Position numbers and translations under genes: made by a program. The notes under the pieces are model-generated. The model was not told the origin of the DNA. It saw only the letters and a list, made by a program, of their open reading frames with translations, and did no database searches. A DNA stretch of 62,781 bases, counting the filler, from Sphacelaria rigidula (lineage: Eukaryota), in assembly GCA_964200075.2 (NCBI GenBank). It is 6 parts of 6 records of this genome, joined end to end, with 100 filler letters (N's around TTAATTAATTAA, not from the genome) between each part and the next. Parts side by side here need not be neighbours in the genome. Positions count along the whole stretch, not along the records: positions 31,444 to 41,823 come from CAXNAA020006608.1; positions 41,924 to 52,302 come from CAXNAA020006609.1; 4 more parts are not named here. One strand, written 5' to 3'. How positions within the stretch are numbered: the stretch's first letter is position 1; every line of letters starts with the position of its first letter. Below, in pieces: positions 35,101-48,200 of this stretch.

Positions 35101-38100
35101 GGAGAGGGAACAGCAACAGATGAAGGAGCGTAATGAAAAGCTTGCTGCCGAAGCTGTGGCGGCCGCGGAAAAAGCGGCAAATCAGCAGAAAGAAGAGGAG
35201 TTGTGGCAATCCCTTGCAGCAAGTGCACGCACGCATGTCCTTCCGCATTTGCCCGANNNNNNNNNNGGCGTGGACAATCGCCCGTTACGCGCAGGGCGAA
35301 TCCTCATCATCGTCCGTCACTCTCCAAGGGTCATCACCATTAGTATATTCATCATCTGCGTCTCCATGTCCTACCAGCAATAGTTTTTCGGCTCGTGGCG
35401 GCGGTGGCGTAGGTGTTGGTGGGAGGGTCGGGTTTGCGACCGGACCTCGGCACACCCATCAGCCCCTTGCAGCGATGACGGCGCCTTATTCTGCTAGCGG
35501 TACTGACGCGGCGGCACCCCTTGCTGTATTTGAAGTAGATGCAGGTGTTGTTTTGCAGGTCCACGCCGCTGCGGCACTTTTGGCACTACGGGGCAGCATC
35601 TCAGGGGTCAGCAGCAGCAGCAACAACTATGACAACACGCTACGTAAAATGGACTATGCCTCCGTCCGCGAGAAATATCTGGAGCTGCACCGGGCGACCC
35701 CGAATCCGCTCTTGCCCCAGCAGCGTTTGCTGGCGCCAGCTTTCTTCTGTTTCGTGCTAGAAAACGTTTGCGAGGGTGGCGGCGGCGGCAGTGACTGCAG
35801 CAGTGATGGTGGTGGTGACGGCGACTTCGTCGGTGGCGGTGGTAGTACAAGCGAGAGGGGCCGGCAGAATCCAGGTCGCGGGAGCAGCCGCCGAGGTGGC
35901 GAGGAGGGAAACGACCGAGCGACACACGGCAGCCCACCCGCTGTAACTTATCTAGGGCCCAGGAGACAAATGATTTTGAGGGAGACGTTGAGGGGAAGGG
36001 AGTGGGAGATAATGCATCTGTGGATGCAAACAGCACTGGATCCCATAGTTTTCCCGGTGCCCCTTCGACGCGGAGAGAGTAGGAGGGATTATAATCCTGG
36101 CGGCCGTCACTTTTCCGCCCAGCGAGGGTGGAATATGACCAGCGGCGGCTCGGACGCTGATGACCCATCTGATGTCGTCAGGGACAGGTTCGACGCGTTC
36201 ACCGATGGCCTCGCGAAAGCATTTAGATCCGGCGGCGCTGAAGCAAGATCGGATGATCGCGTCAGAGGCGGTGGCAGCGGTCGAGCACGGCTTACACATC
36301 AAGACGCCGATGACTTGGTGGGCGTGTTCGACAAGAGGTTGACCTGTTTCGAACCCGAGCAAAGAGCGTCACTTTCGAAGGACGAGAACAAGGCAAGCTA
36401 GCTGCTTCTTGCAATTGTTGGGTCATTTGCGGGTTGAGTTGCCATAGCACACCGCTCAGCTATGTAACCCATAGCTTGTGTCGATGGCTGCCTGTACTTG
36501 GGCACGACCTATGCAATATCTTTGAATAGTGCAGGCTTTGCGGTTGCTCATACGTAGTCCGAACTACAGCTCGGTTGCTGTGTCATACCCCTGGCAATTG
36601 CCCCGCTCCTCTCGCTTACATCCACAAGTTCGGTCGGAGAAGCGCAACCACAGAGTTCAAGTGCCCTACTCCCCCCCCTTCCCCCGGTCGGAAAAAAACC
36701 CTGCTTGGTACATGAGCAGTGCGACACCAGCGGGTGCCGACTTTGAAACAATGAATCGTGTTATGTTTCTGTATGTTACTCCCTCGATTCTGTATCATGT
36801 GTTCATGTACGGGGCGGCGGCAGGTACTGGAACGTATATTAGACCTGCAGTCTGTGGTGGCTCACTGCGGACATCTGTGGACGGAAGCTCTGGTGTTGAC
36901 CGGGCCTGGATCGATGCCTGAGGCTGACAGGAAAAGGATCAAGGGTAGCGTGGTGAAATTCATGCACGCCTCCATCAAGTAAGGAAGTGGGCGCCTCCGC
37001 TTCTATGGTGTGCATCTTTTGTCTTTGAGCGGTGTTGGATGATTTTTTTTATTTGATTGGTTGTCGCACTTTAACTGACCCCCCAGGGATCCAACCGTGG
37101 TCTTATGATAAACGTACCCAACAAAAGCGAAACTGAAACACGCTCTAAGGAAGCAGTGACTCGTCGTTAACCTTGAGAGGCCTTATTTTAACAACCAATC
37201 TATCGAGTAGTGTCGTGTTTAACCCAGATACTGCGAGCTTGTCGCTAACGCGAGACGTTCACTGGTCGCGAGGGTGTTCGGAGGTACCTAGCTCTCGCTG
37301 CATCTCATGTTCGAGAGAAACGTTCCGGTCGATGCCACCTGTGGCTGCTCTCCTGGCCGTGTTCTCTTCATTTTGCATTCGTCTAGATCCTTGAGGCGCT
37401 TTCTTCCGGAGGTTTTCCCGAGAGACACTACACAAGCCGCCACCGAAGCAAGAAAAGACGGTGACGCAGCAGCGGTAGCGGTAGCGGGCGATGCCGGCAG
37501 CGGTGGCGGGGGCGCTACCCCTAAGTCTCGGTATGGCTCAACGTTCCGGCGCCTCTACGGCCATGCAGCTTACTCGCTTGTTGCCGCGCTCTGTAGAAAT
37601 TGCGCCGGTGCGCTGAAGGGTCCCCCCCTCCGCGATCTTGTCGAAGCGTGCTTTGAGGAAATCGCGTGCCGTCCAGTCACGACCTCTGCCGGTGGCAGCG
37701 GAGGCGGAGGTTCGCGGCGAGGGACAAGCGGCGGACGCGCTGAATCTGAGGAAAGGGCGCGGAGTAAACCACACCCCGAGCTGACGGCGTTTGCGGTGAT
37801 GCATGCTTCGGACTTATTACAGTGCTGTTCAGAGGTGTGACTTGTGGGTTCATGCCAAGAGGGGGGGTGGGGGGAGGATGTGGGAGGGCGTGAGGGTGAC
37901 TTATCTCGAGGTGTGATGAGCATGCATATCCAATGCAGTGGAGTAGAGGCTTATTTAAGTTTGCGTTGGACGGTACGTAAGGTGAGGCCGACGCCCGCTG
38001 CTGCAGTACCCTAGTCACCTCTGTTACTATCATGTGGAAGCGATGTGATACTCAGGGCTAACTCTCTAAATGCCCTCCTCTCGCTATCCGCGCCCAACGT

Positions 38101-39868
38101 TTTCCCGCCGTGTTCCGTTTTTCTGTTCGTGCCGATCATGATCATAATCTTCCCTCTGCTGTATGCGCAGATGCCAATGACGTTAGTTCCGTATTCTGAC
38201 TGGATCAAGAACATGAACGACCATGCCATCAATGGACTCTCATCCTGGGATTCACCGCCACCACCAGCAGCGACAGGTAATGTAGGCTCTGCGACGCCGC
38301 CCCCACCGCTAATCTGCTCGCTGGCAGCAGGACTACGCGGAGATCTCCGATACACAATTTCCTCTCACAACCTTCGCCTGTATTCTTCTGCTTCGCGGCG
38401 GCGGTGGCGGCGACGACAGCGGGTACAGGCGCAGATACCCGACGACGCCAACAGCGGCTGGGATGATCCGTTTGTCGAACTGGCATCGGTAGCCGCGCTT
38501 GCTCCCGTGCCCCGTGCACCTTCCACGGCGCTCGCAAAGCGCCAGATATTGACCCGCATGCGACTGGAGATGTTCAGCGACAGAAAGCTTCGCATATCAC
38601 GATTTTTATTGGAGGCTGCCGGGAGGCCGGGAAACACCGCCCGAGATGGGGCGAGAGGAAGAAGAGAGGTGGGGAAAAAAGAGGAACAGCAGCAACAACA
38701 CCTGCGCGTTCTGTTTGCCGCCAATAGCGTAAACAAGACGCGCCGTCTTGTCGTCTTGTTGGCGATGGTTTTCGGCAGCCGGCGGTGTCGGCATCCGGGC
38801 CTGTCTGATCCACCAAACGCAGCGGCGACGACAGCTGATCGATCTTCAAACACGATCTCGGCTCCCTCTTCGTTTCTCCCGGTTTCACCGCCTCTGGAGT
38901 TGCGGCGGGACATTATTGTGCTCATTCGGCCAGTGTACTCTCTCCTTGGGCAAGCGCTTTTGGGAGAGCCCGGCCCCGCCCGGCGATTGGAATGCGAAGC
39001 GCTAGCCGCTGCGGTGGCGCTGTCCACGGCGGCGCTCGAGGCAACTGCACTGCCGGAACCGAGGGAAGCGGTGGAGATGAGGAGAGGAGAAACTACTGGT
39101 GGAAGTACATTTGAATCGATGCCGCAGACGCCAGAGGCAGCAAGAAGAGGCAGATCTAATTCTACCATGACAGTTCTCCAGGATGAGAGGCGAGTCGCGG
39201 AGTACTTTGCGCAGGTGATCGTTCTTGCGGTCGCGACCAAACTCGACACGTTCTTGGCCGCCATGGGCGCAGCCGCCGTTGCGCCGGTTGAACCCGATGT
39301 CATCGGTCCCGGCGATGATGACGCCAGCGGACGCAGCTTATTGGGAGTGCGTGGTGATCACAAGCAAGAGCTGCGAAGGTCACCACAACTCGAATCACTG
39401 CGAGATTTGGGACCGCGAGAAGTAGATCTAGAGCGTTTGTTGAGAGTCATGGGGGCCTGGGATGTCCACGGTGACGCACGAGGGTGGCCACACAACGCTC
39501 CTCCTCCTCCTACGCCGTCACAGCCGGGCGGCGGCTGCGCCACGGCTGATGATGCGATGGTCATGGCGATGGATAGTGAAACAAGATATGGGCAAAAAGT
39601 GAGCGAGAAAGATGGATCATCGGACACGCCGCTGTCATCCTTGCTGGACGAAGTGGACGCGATGGTGGAGACATTTGAAGGCGAGGTAATGGTGTCTACA
39701 CGGGGCCGAGATTCGGAGACAGGTGAAGGCGAACAGGAGGGGAGTGCTGTGTGGTGGCGGCGGGTGCAGCGCGCGCTGATGCCCAGGATTGCGGCGTGTA
39801 GGCTGCTCTTGACCGGGGGCGTGGTTGACGTCGGCGCTGGCGGCAGCGGTAGCCGTAGCCGATACTAG
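32110..39868 (+). CDS. 3' part of a large multi-exon gene of unknown function; exons ~32110-32301, 33510-33740, 34231-36392 (10-N gap at 35257-35266), 36851-36978, 37387-37834, 38171-39868 (stop)
   Basis: Long ORFs (383, 422, 177 and 607 aa) joined by phase-compatible splice sites (intron phases 2,2,0,2,0). Helical Leu/Ala-rich segments alternate with Gly/Ser/Ala low-complexity inserts. No domain recognised. Confidence 0.85.
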
Positions 39869-40663
39869 TGTGTGGACATGGTGTGTACATAAATATTATG
39901 TTCGGGTATGCTTGGGTGTTACCGGAGTCTAGCTGGATTTCAAGGATTGCATACGTCGGGCAGATTATCCGTGTCAAGCGGGAGTCACCCGTGCTTGATC
40001 AACGTCGGTAATGTACACATCGATGACTTTCCCCCGGAATTTTTTGTTGGACGCTGGCCGAATAGCATCATGATATGTCAATTGAGCATAAAGCTAAAGC
40101 GATCCTTCCTTTCCCAGCCGCACATGAGTGCGCACCCTGAACGAGGAAATACGAAAACGGCCATCCATACCGCCGCTGGCGCAACTGACCATACGTCTCA
40201 TGAACGCAAACCACAACCATTTTTCCTCACCACTTATGGTCCTGCTACCGAACGTGGAAGAGTCCCACGGTTTTCCAAGGAATTACGTCCCACCACGACT
40301 TGAAGCGCTAGAAGCACACGAAAAAACGCCACAAGGTGAAGCAGGCCTCCACGGTGCAAAGCTCGGAAAAGAAACGAGAAAATCTGACCAATCCATCAAT
40401 CGTGCGGGATACATTCCTGTGTACAGATATCGGTACCTCTTTTATGAAGTCACAAGAGCATCCACTTCATGTTCCATGTGCCCGGGTTGTTACAGACAAC
40501 CTACAGTATTGTAAACATGTACCATATTCCCGGGTCCCACAGGCTGGCAGGTGAGGAATCCTGAGTACTGTTTGTCGTATACTGCATTCGGATTTCTCAC
40601 GGGTGTATTGAACTGTTTCTTGTATACGTATTACTAGCATTCAGATTCCACAAATAAGGGGTA

Positions 40664-41095
40664 AACACGGGATTTTACAAATTGGGGGTATGGATGTTTT
40701 ATTGAGGATGAAAACCCGGAGAATGAAAATGTTCGTATCCACACCAAATCTTCGAAGTATGCTTTCATCTCTTCTCTTGCTGGTAGCTATTGACAACTAC
40801 TACACGCCATACAAATTTGGATTTCGATAACCGAAATGTCGGGATCCTAGATGAGGAACCAATTTTGAGGAGTTTTAGGTGTCCGATCGAACGCCAAAAT
40901 TGTTTTTTCACCCAGGACCCCGATACTTCGGTTTTTGAAATCCAAAATTGTATGGCGTGTATAAGTTGTCAATAGCTACCAGCAAGTGGAGAAATGGAAG
41001 CGTACTTGAACATTTGGTGTGGATACGAAATTTTTTAATTCTCCGGGTTTTCTCACACAAAAAACATCCATCCCCAATCTGTGAAATCCCGTGTT
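40664..41095. mobile_element. Foldback MITE, ~200-bp imperfect arms and short loop
   Basis: AACACGGGATTT...TTCGTATCCACACCAAAT...CTTGCTGGTAGCTATTGACAACT...CAATTTTG is mirrored by CAAAATTG...AGTTGTCAATAGCTACCAGCAAG...ATTTGGTGTGGATACGAA...AAATCCCGTGTT. Confidence 0.88.
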
Positions 41096-41823
41096 GGTGG
41101 CTTTTGGTATACATGAAATTCAAGCTTTCGTTGCGAGCAGACGTCACTAGTATTTTCTTCGTGGCAGGAAGCTGTTGACTCGTAGGTGGATATGGGGTAT
41201 TCAGTCAGCCCATCCCGCCGTGCATCACACTAGCTCCTAGTTCCCATCGCAACAAGTTATTACACGGACAGCATGTCGTTGTCAAGTGTTTTGTGGGTGG
41301 TAGCACGCAGTCTTGAGCAGGGGTGTAGACAGTGGGGGAAATGACAATGGCACGGGATGAGCATCTGTAGACACTAGTACGTGGAAAGGTAGTCGGAGAG
41401 GTCGCACGCCGGAACTTATTTTAGCTTCCAGTAGGTCTCCTGTAGTCCAATCGATCTGTTTTGGGTCCTCCGTTGTGTACTTACCTTTTTTCGTATATTA
41501 TGGATGTTTTGTTTCTCGCCTTCCTCTGCGGGTTGTATGATTCATGGGTATGAACAAGGATCTGTCGGCAGAAAATTTCTGGACATGTAGCCCCCCCTAC
41601 CCCCCCTCTGCCGGAGGATATTCTTTCGAAAATTGTCATGATTTTTATTATTTCTTTCGTCAAATATTGTTGAAAGAAATTGATCAAGCAGAAACTCTGA
41701 CGAAAACCAAAAATCTGGTGGGCTCTGCGACGTTAGTATATTTGCTTCTGCTCCTTGCCCGCTCTGTCCGGATGACCTCGGATGCCGGCCACGCTCCCAA
41801 AGTAGCCTCTTTATCCCACGGCT

Positions 41824-41923
41824 NNNNNNNNNNNNNNNNNNNNNNNNNNNNNNNNNNNNNNNNNNNNTTAATTAATTAANNNNNNNNNNNNNNNNNNNNN
41901 NNNNNNNNNNNNNNNNNNNNNNN
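41824..41923. other. Artificial contig linker
   Basis: Same 44N-TTAATTAATTAA-44N structure. Confidence 0.98.
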
Positions 41924-41952
41924 TGGTCGCGTCACCGGCTAGGGAGCGCGTG

Positions 41953-41984
41953 GGGGGGGGGGGTGGGCCGGAGGGGGGGGGGGG

Positions 41985-42017
<33 letters not shown>
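41953..42017. repeat. Poly-G tract near a contig end (possibly low-quality sequence)
   Basis: Directly visible. Confidence 0.8.
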
Positions 42018-42018
<1 letters not shown>

Positions 42019-42286
42019 GATTCACGGCGACGGGAACACGAAGCGCGCCCGGGGCGAAAATTATACGAGACACGTTTGCGGACGTTGATACAGTAGTACA
42101 ATACTTTCTGGCTAGCGGACAGCAACACCTCCCCTTCGAAGGGGTTTAACGTAATCACCTGGAGATGTTCATGGCAAACAGTGAGCGGCGTGTTTTACAG
42201 CGCTGTTGCCGGTCGATATCAACCTCAATGGGGAGGGGGGGGGCAAGTCATACTCCATCCCCTACGGTATAATCGATGACTCTCAC

Positions 42287-45200
42287 CCCCGCCGAGCATC
42301 CACCGTGATGAGAGAAATCTTGCCGATGTGATAGAGTGTGGACAGCACCACCATTCGAAAAGTCAGCGAGGAGAAGTAGCGAACGGCCATCCACATCGAC
42401 AGCAATTCCCGGGCCCAGTACGCCGCCAGTACTGCGGCGATAACCCAATACATCCGTTTCCTGAGCTGCAGCAAAAAATGGGATATTGCGGCAAGGACAG
42501 TGCGCCGCGAAGGGGCAGTGGTGGTTAACGTAGCCTGGCTAAACTTTGAGAAGAATGCAAACAATGCCAAAATGAGATACGGCGGACGTGGGGGGGAACA
42601 CATACGCGAGAACGGTACGAATACGACCTAACCTAAGCTGCCCCAATAGCCCCTACGAAACCTTGGTTAGGCACCACCTTCATTACAGGCTGGCTGAAGA
42701 GTAGGTGGGAGACTAGTCAATGGAACCAGGCTCCAAATTTCAGTCTCGTTAGCAAGGGTCACTATCCACCCCCCTTGGATCCAAAAGTTTTACATGGGGG
42801 TAGCTGAGGCACAGGAAGGGTATACTGACACCAAGTAGTTCTCCACCAAACTGATACTAACTGACCCTTCAAACCACGACAAAGCCCAGTCATTGAATCC
42901 CACACAAGGAGATTATGCTACGCATGAGGGGGTAATTTAATCTGAAAGGTCGCAATCCAACGGTGGATGTCGGCAATACTTTTTTGCCCGGCACAATACA
43001 CCACAGAAGCCGACAACCCTCCCCCCCCCCCCCCCCTGTGACGTCTCCCGTTCAACATTCAACTACAAGCATCGTCCCGGAACAGTTCCGCAGGGTGACA
43101 GGCCAGGAATATGCGGGGTTTCCACGGGGCGGGGGGGGGGGTTGACAGGGGGGTGGGACCTGTTCGCACAACAGCCGAATAGCCCACCAAATCAACCATA
43201 TGTGTTCGGAAGTTTCTCACAGAAAACCATAATCCAGGAAGGAGGCCCGAGAGAAGCGGAGTAACCATTCTAACCAATTACGGTTGTCAAAATGGTCACC
43301 TTGTTCCCCTATAGATGGACCGCAGATGGACTACTTGTTTTTGTCTGTAATGGCTGTGTTTCTCATTTTGGTCACGACAATTCAACCGTAGATACCATGG
43401 GCATGAATGACGTACTTTTACGCTGCTCGTGGTATTTGCCGCCTGCCTGACCCTTAATGTGTAGCCAGCATAGCGTCTGTCGTGTTGTTATGTAACACTA
43501 AGGAGATACATCGGCGGCATGCCGCAGACTGTGTTCAGTGCAGAGCGACGCCACGCTGATCGTTGCTCGCCGTTGTATCCAGCGAACGCATACGTCACGT
43601 ATACTGACTCTGGACGCAATTGAAGGCAGGGTCAAAAACCGGCGAGGGGTTCTCCGGGACTCTTTTCTGCACAGACCCCCAACGTCCACATATTCATGAA
43701 CAAAGACGTTTTGTGTAGCAAAAAAGTAGCTGTTTTCAACCCTAAATGTGGCATAGTCCATCCGAGTAGGGCTCGCGGTCCACGGGTCAAGGGTTGGCGT
43801 CGGTTGGCAACGACGCGGTAGTACACGCCCCTCACTGCGTAAGCTAGGTAACCAGGCTACCGTTTTTTTCTCGTATGCGTTTTTTTGCGGTCACCATGAT
43901 GGTGGTCGAGCTACATCATATTGCACGGGGCGGGAAACCCGGACTCTGCGCGAGGGGATGATCATACTTTGTAGTGTTTATATGACGAGACACCGACGAG
44001 GCAGTGTGTAACCCGTGGCTGTCACTGTAAGTAGCGATGTCAGAACTGTACGTAACTCGTCGTGTAGGCTGTCATCCATATGCAAGATAATCAGTACGCT
44101 TCGGCCCGAACAATCTTAGCAGGGTGCAGCTCACCCTTCATGCACTCGCCGAACACATCACGGCGCTTGGGGCGTGGTGATTGGGAGCCAGGTACGGCGA
44201 AAACACGGGGTGCTCCGTCCCGACTTCGTAGGGATGCGAGGTCAACGGTCTCATGACTTCGACACGCAACATCATGAGTATACCCCTCCCTGGACACAGG
44301 AGGGCAGGCATAAAATCCTTTGGATTTGAGTTTGCGCAGACACAGGCGACTCTCTCGTGGTGAAGGCGCTTCTCAGCTGTGCATACTGGCGGAGAAACAG
44401 GACGAATTCGGTTTTGGCCGTCGCTTTTTTGCATTTGCGAATGTCCCTGCGGGGGGAATGTGTGTGCCTAGCCTGCGTTTTGAGGAGTCTCCTGCCTCGC
44501 GTGTACCAGATGAGCGCTGGTGCAAATAACGACGATAAGCAAAGATCTACACCGATGCAACAGGGTTTGAAATGGGCAACACATTACGTTACACGAAAAT
44601 ACAGTGCGTGATATGGGGGGTATAGAGGAGATCAAACGGACGCTGAATGGAAGCCATACATCCATAAACGTTCGAAACTCATTTGACAATTTTCCAAACG
44701 CCATTTCTTTCTGTGCTTCGCTTTTGTTGACTTTTTATTCCATTTTTTTTTTCACGTTTCAGTCGACCATGTCGTTCGGTTCGACTTCTTCTGTTCCTTT
44801 TCTTCAGCGAGTGTTCCAGTTTTGTTGACTCTTCATCCCCTCTTTTTCTCCACGTCTCAGTCTACTATGTCGTTCTGTTCGACTTTATCTTTTGTTCCTC
44901 CTTTTTCTTCAGCGAGTGAATCAGTTTTATTTTCCTTGGGCACGTCTGTCATGAGACCGCGGCTGGATCCCTGGGGGGTCAGTTGAAGTGCGACAATCAA
45001 CCAATCAAAACTGCCAAAGATCTTCGCGTGCATGGGACAACGACGATTGAAGTCCACATGGAGCAGCGAATTAGCAATTTGATTCTCCGCGCTCGAGAAA
45101 AGAGGTACCCACGGCGCGGTCAGTGGTTTTCATGAGTCATCTACTATTAGGATGTCCGTGGTAAATCGCTGCCTCTTCTCAGCAGTACACAGGATACCTC

Positions 45201-48200
45201 TGCGGCAGGGCGAGACTCTCGAGAAACATACAGCGCGGAGTGGTGTGTCAGCTACATTGCCTACGCTGGTCATAAGGGATACAAGAATACCACAGCACGG
45301 TACTGGTACTTCGCACAGGCGAGACCTTTGTACAACTCACCAGCGCCACTCCGTAGTTACGATCCAATTTCTGGCAGAGCGGATTCACCAGGATATTGGC
45401 ATGCTGAAGAAGAACCCACACCTCGTGCACAAATACCCCCACCGTAAACCACGCAGACCAGCCCCTCTCTTCCTCACTACCGAACTCCTCTGCCGCATCT
45501 CGCTCTGCGGTCTCCTGCGGATTCGGTCGGCCGGTATCTTTGCGTGCTTCTGGTTCGCTTCGGCGGCTATCCTTTTCGGCCGGCTTCCGGAGTGAATCGT
45601 GGTCAACAAGTTGTTGCTCTTGATCCGTTACTGCTAGCAGGTCTTGAACACGATGCTGATAGTTCGGGTTCGGGTTAGGGATAAGGGACACGGTGGGGAA
45701 GCGACGGTAGTTATGGGTGAGGTGAGGAAAAGGGTACATGAATAGTAGAGTATGGCGAACGATATGCTGTCGTTGAATGAGTTTGGCGAGTAACACAACA
45801 GCCGCACGTCACCTGCCGTCACAAACGGCCGATCGGGACGCGCGGAGGAAAATCAGAGTTTGAAGGATGGCGAAAAATGTCTAGGTTCTCGCATCCGCTT
45901 ACCTGGCTCATCAGAAGGGCGGCGGTGGACGTGTCGACGCGCGTGACCCAAGAGGGAAGAAAACATGCTTGGATCATGTTCCATGCTATGAAAACGGTAT
46001 TACCTTCCACGGATTTATCGCCGTCTGCTTCAGCTCTCACTGACCATTCCAGGACAACTGAGGTAACGTTCACCGGGATAAGAAGCGCAGCTCAGAGCGT
46101 TTGCTTGTATCTCAGCCCAGTATAAGCCAGTCCTTCGCACAACGGTACCGAGTATACGAGCACTGCCCCCCCGAACGACGCCCCCTGGTGACAGGTTCTC
46201 AGCTAGTGCACCATGTCGCTCATCAATCCGACACGATATACACCACCGCCTATTCCGTAGATAGAACGATGGTTTCCTTCATGATCACCACGTTTGCTCG
46301 AACGTGTTGATGAAAATCATCGTCAGACACAGTAGCCGTCATCTCTATCCCACATTGGAGCACCCTACAGGGGTGCCGGCAGGCATTGGGGTCAACACAG
46401 GTATTAATATTAATAGCATAACAAGCACACGAGTGCTGCGAACGCCATGGTCGAAGGCGTTGGTTGCCCTGCGCATGCGGGCGATAATCCCGCAGGTAAA
46501 CCGACCGACGGTCTACCCGATGGTCCACTTCCACCGCAACAGGTTACAACCACCCCATTGAATTATTCCCTCGTAATGCCTGCTTGGGCCTTTTTGAGTC
46601 CCAAGTGATTAGAGCATGTTCGCCCCCCACTTTGAGAGGGAGTTAAGATCATCAAATGACGGGCGATTATTGGTGACAATATGACTTGAGGTACGTCGTA
46701 TATCACCACCCCCACGTTCAGCCTGGTCCGGCGAGAACTCGGCGTGCTCCGTCCCGGCTTTGTAGGGGCGGACGCCCGATGGGGTTCGCTTCGGTTGGCG
46801 ATGACGCTGTAAAACACGCCACGCACTGCGTAAGCTAGGCAACCGGATGACCGTTTTTTTTCGCACGCTTGCGTTTTTTGTGCGGTAACCATGATGGTAG
46901 TCGAGCTAGATCATACTCTGCGGGGTGGGGGAACCTCAACTACGCGCAGAGGGGATGATTGTACTGCGTAGTGTTCAAATGGTGAGACATCCCGGAGGCA
47001 GTGTCCGAGCCTTGGCTGTCTCTGGAAGTGGCAATATCAGAACATGAAGCAACTCAACGGAGGCTGCCATCCAAACGCAAGATAATCACTACGCTTCGGG
47101 CCGAACATCTTAGCAGGATGCAGCTCATCCTTCATGCGACTCGCCGAACACACCACGGCGCTTCGCGCTTGGCGATTGATTGCGAGCCTGGTCTGGCGGA
47201 AACCTGGCGTGCTCCGTCCCGGCTTTGTAGGAATGCGAGGTCAATGGTCTGATGACTCTGGTGTGCGAGATTATGAGTACACCCCCCCGTATGATGTATT
47301 GTCGGGAATCAAAAGCTCATCACACGCGTTATACCGCGCCAACTACGACTGCTACATATCACCACGGCACGAAATAACTCCGACATGAAACCTTCATGGT
47401 TCTCTTTGTTTCATCGTTGTTCCTTTTCGATATTATGGAGACGGTGCTTTGGAAGCGTATGCGTGAAGACAATCCGCACCTCGCTTGAGATGACGCCGAA
47501 ACTTAGAGGATGTGAAGGTTGGCTCTAGAGGAAGGTGTCACAGTCACAGCTGCAGCAGCGGAAGTCGCTGAGAACCCGGTTTGCATTGAAACGGTGGATA
47601 CCACCGAAGCGTCGGACTGTATTTTTTCAGCACCCTGCTGTCTGATGACGATTATAATGGGCACGGTGTCAGTCGGGAACGCACGCAGCGACAGATCCTG
47701 CCGGCCTCATCCTGAATCTTCGCCCAATTATAGATGAACGCTAAAAAGAAACTAGCAAAGAAGGATAATTTACGATCCGCTATATATGCGAGGGCTGGGA
47801 GCTGAACGTTCCCGCTCAACAAACCACGACAGGCGAAGGTTAAGCTCCTATCGCGTGACCGGTGGGTTGTGCCACGGATCCTTGCCGGCATACCTTGCAA
47901 GGGGGGCAACGTCCTGGTGTACACAGACAGTCCTACCACCACCGGGACGGCCGTGCGAACAGTCTGGCAGCCGCGGTGGTCGTTGTAGTGATGTTCCCCT
48001 AGCGGTATCAACTTAGAATAAGGCCGCACAGGGCACGTGGATATTTCGGTGATTGTCCCACTACCACATCGGCCATGTGTTGCGGATTATTTCATGATCT
48101 CACCGCCCATCATGTATGGAAATGTACTACACCCTAGACACGAGCTTTCTACAGTCAGTTTATAATGTCAAATACTGTACTGGGCACTTGCGTGGTGAAG

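Noticed and set aside
38365-39303. 312-aa minus-strand ORF (and the 242-aa ORF at 34159-34887)
   Set aside because: Antisense shadows of GC-rich plus-strand exons.
45662-45688. TTAGGG-like repeats (GTTCGGGTTCGGGTTAGGGATAAGGG)
   Set aside because: Only one exact unit; too short to call a telomere or telomere-targeted insertion.
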